Virus record (IMG/VR): IMGVR_UViG_3300025381_000085
Span: 1 to 27,956 of that record
Direction: 5' to 3' (one strand)
DNA from: a virus
Taxonomy: Duplodnaviria > Caudoviricetes
Length of the DNA: 27,956 bases
Below are positions 25,882 through 27,956 of the stretch, in pieces. The notes below the pieces were generated by a model that worked only from the letters and a program-made list of their open reading frames with translations, had not been told where the DNA came from and did no database searches. Every line of letters starts with the position of its first letter. Position 1 is the first letter of the stretch. Position numbers and translations under genes: made by a program.

Positions 25882-27155
25882 TAAAAACCTTTAGAATCGC
25901 CTAGGCCAATAGCCACGGCATAGCAAAAACAATCCAACAAATCATCCGCACGTTTATATGCCTCTTTGTCGCCCGGTCTAAATCCCGCTATTTGTGATAA
26001 AAGATGGTTGCGGCTAGCCCCTTTGTATGTCACTAGCCTGTCATGTGCTGTTTGGCATAGCTTGACCATGCCGCGATAGACATAACCCGATACGCTGATC
26101 GCCCGCTCGTCTTTACCGACCGATGTCAGTTTGCTGTCAATTGCATTTGCAGCCCAGCCGCGGCGGTGCGCTTGTTGGATCAAAATCATACCGCTGGCCT
26201 TGTCTTCAATAAACGCCCCGGCACTACCCAACCTTGCCCGGTACATAACCGCCATGGATTCAAGATTCTCATAAACCGTTGGTAGCCACGTTTCCAACAA
26301 TGCCCCCTCAATTTGCACAATATCCCAATCTAAAATTACCAGCGGATGCCCGTAATATTTGCTGATTGCACAATAAATGACCGCTGTGCCGTCATGCTCT
26401 TTGCCCGTTTTTGTTGCCGAGTCAATGACCGCGTAAACGTAATCTACCGGGTTATCAATACTGACCGCCGTCCCATCAACCAGCATATTGCCTGTGTCAA
26501 AAAACGCACAGCCTGACCAATCGACAAATTCCGCCAAATATTCTTGGCGGTAAACCATTGGGTGATTGTCCGCCTCCAGTTTTGCCAACTCTTCTGCCGG
26601 CAAATAGGGATTTGAGTGGCTTGGCGCATGATACTCAGACCAGCCAAACTCTTTTTGTGTGCAAATCCTATAAAACCAATTATCCTCATCAATCCCGTTC
26701 GGTGTGCTAAAAACCGTGGCACGGCCTTTAAAATCCAGTAGCGTTGGCTTAATGGCTTTGTCCCAAATATTTTCCATCGTGCTGTTTTTTGCAAAGGCGG
26801 CCTCATCGATGATTGCATGATGATATTTCCGTGACCGCCCCGCCTGCTCATTTTCCAACGACCAAAAATCAATCCGCCCGCCGCTGATAGTGCGTATTAC
26901 GCCGTCAGTTTTGTTTGACCGTGATTTTATTGGCGCTAGCGTGTCAATGATTTGCTCGTATGCCTCGCTCATGATTTTATATGACGGGGCAAACCAGCCG
27001 ATTGACCTGCCCTTGGCTGCGCCATCACATGCCAAAATTTTGCCGTAGTCCGTTTTGCCCCACCGCCGCCCGCACCGCACGACACTAAAACGACCGCGTG
27101 ACTGCCACGCCTCAATCTGTCCTTTGTGCATCGTCGGGATTGTCAGCGTCGGCAT
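25881..27155 (-). CDS. terL: Terminase large subunit
   Basis: Walker A GRRWGKT, Walker B IIDEAAF, STPNG coupling motif, YRQEYLAEF, and RNase H-like nuclease acidic residues (IDSA, DDLLD). Confidence 0.96.
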   Translation of the reverse strand: MPTLTIPTMHKGQIEAWQSRGRFSVVRCGRRWGKTDYGKILACDGAAKGRSIGWFAPSYKIMSEAYEQIIDTLAPIKSRSNKTDGVIRTISGGRIDFWSLENEQAGRSRKYHHAIIDEAAFAKNSTMENIWDKAIKPTLLDFKGRATVFSTPNGIDEDNWFYRICTQKEFGWSEYHAPSHSNPYLPAEELAKLEADNHPMVYRQEYLAEFVDWSGCAFFDTGNMLVDGTAVSIDNPVDYVYAVIDSATKTGKEHDGTAVIYCAISKYYGHPLVILDWDIVQIEGALLETWLPTVYENLESMAVMYRARLGSAGAFIEDKASGMILIQQAHRRGWAANAIDSKLTSVGKDERAISVSGYVYRGMVKLCQTAHDRLVTYKGASRNHLLSQIAGFRPGDKEAYKRADDLLDCFCYAVAIGLGDSKGF

Positions 27156-27838
27156 TAGTCCGTGTTATCCGGCAACCCGCCTACGATTACAAGCGTTGTG
27201 TCTGAGCTAGTGTCAGACAATAGCTCTTTGCGCGTCCGCTCCAGTCGGTCAATGCGGTCGCTGTAACGCAAGATCAGCGCGTCCCAATCCGTACGCCGAT
27301 GCTTTTTTTTAATCCCCGCGTCCGACTCCTCGATCTCTTCCAGCCGCAAATCATCCACGGATTCCGCCGCGCCTTTGACTGCGCGTGCAAGATAAACACG
27401 GGCCAGCTCAATCTCTTTGTCTACCGTGCCTAAAGCTGCTTTAGCTTTGTCGGCAATCTCTTTGTCATCGTCATTATAAAATTTACTGTACATAGTGCCC
27501 GGGGTTTTATGATGTGCTACGCCTCGTTTGCGCGTGCCGCCATGCCACTTGCAGACTGTGCGTGTCGGGTCGGTGACTCTAAAACCGCACCGCTCACCCG
27601 TGTGTTTTGCCGTGGCGGTGCAATACGGGTTTTTGGACAGTTTTTTCTTTTTTTTCTTTTTTTTCTTTTTTTTTGCGGCTATCAGATTGCCGTCGGCATC
27701 GTAAATTGACCCGTCAAATTCTTTTTGGTTAATCTCAATTTTTTTGCGCTTAACGACGCCTTTTGCTGCTGTCACTGCTAAATCTCTATCCACTCCGCGT
27801 TTATGTAAACGCTTAGCCCTGCGGGTGTGCCCGTCCAT
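27155..27838 (-). CDS. terS: Terminase small subunit-like protein with an HGG-type Cys/His motif and a poly-Lys tract
   Basis: Directly upstream of and overlapping terL; C.ATAKHTGERC...........CKWHGG motif; helical C-terminus. Confidence 0.72.
   Translation of the reverse strand: MDGHTRRAKRLHKRGVDRDLAVTAAKGVVKRKKIEINQKEFDGSIYDADGNLIAAKKKKKKKKKKKLSKNPYCTATAKHTGERCGFRVTDPTRTVCKWHGGTRKRGVAHHKTPGTMYSKFYNDDDKEIADKAKAALGTVDKEIELARVYLARAVKGAAESVDDLRLEEIEESDAGIKKKHRRTDWDALILRYSDRIDRLERTRKELLSDTSSDTTLVIVGGLPDNTD
27641..27674 (-). repeat. A-rich simple repeat A(AAAAAAAAG)3AAAAAA encoding 11 consecutive Lys
   Basis: Plus strand reads T6-C-T8-C-T8-C-T9. Confidence 0.92.
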
Positions 27839-27956
27839 TCCCCCGCCAAATTGACCGCCAAAAATTCTGACGCGCCCCGCAAAACCAGCGGCTGGCCTTT
27901 ATGCCCGTTTAAGTCAATCAGCCAGGGCGTTTGCGGATAGCCTGTCGCTGTGGCGG

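Larger units (their letters stand above)
1..27956 (-). mobile_element. Myovirus-type phage/prophage virion morphogenesis and lysis region (partial; element ends not visible)
   Basis: Contiguous co-oriented run terminase-portal-head-neck-sheath-tube-TMP-baseplate-fibre-holin with minimal intergenic space. No att site or integrase in the window, so prophage versus free phage cannot be decided. Confidence 0.96.

Noticed and set aside
26444-26872. 142-aa alternate-frame ORF inside terL (also 9769-9990, 10476-10685 and 4442-4639)
   Set aside because: No recognisable features; none has the lipobox or Pro-rich character of a nested o-spanin.
927-27709. Numerous plus-strand ORFs of 60-180 aa
   Set aside because: All lie antisense to well-supported, coupled minus-strand genes and show no recognisable motifs; treated as shadow ORFs.
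27880-27920. Possible promoter (TTGACT) and small hairpin CCAG-CCG-CTGG-TTTT upstream of terS
   Set aside because: No -10 box at appropriate spacing, and the stem is too short to call a terminator or pac site.

Overview
The whole window is one tightly packed, minus-strand late operon of a contractile-tailed (myovirus-type) phage or prophage. Many gene junctions are ATGA/GTGA start-stop overlaps. Read right to left: terminase small and large subunits, DUF1073-type portal, Mu gpF/SPP1 gp7-like head protein, DUF2213-type prohead protease/scaffold, decoration protein, major capsid, neck genes, sheath, tube, tail-assembly chaperone (candidate -1 frameshift), tape measure with a lytic transglycosylase domain, baseplate, tail fibre and fibre chaperone. 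The layout resembles Bcep781/Aaphi23-type myoviruses; this and all family names come from motif recognition and synteny, not from searches. The most unusual part is 1-6.6 kb. A first holin-like gene is followed by a second fibre/adaptor module, then a clan GH-A (GH39/GH5-like) hydrolase with two fibre-like beta repeats inserted just after its catalytic NEP motif, and a second fibre chaperone. Next come a 3-TM holin and, coupled to it, a second clan GH-A hydrolase with a Sec-type signal peptide. No endolysin, spanin, integrase, replication gene, RNA gene or CRISPR array is visible. Where an overlap or SD motif pointed to a better start than the ORF track, I adjusted the start.
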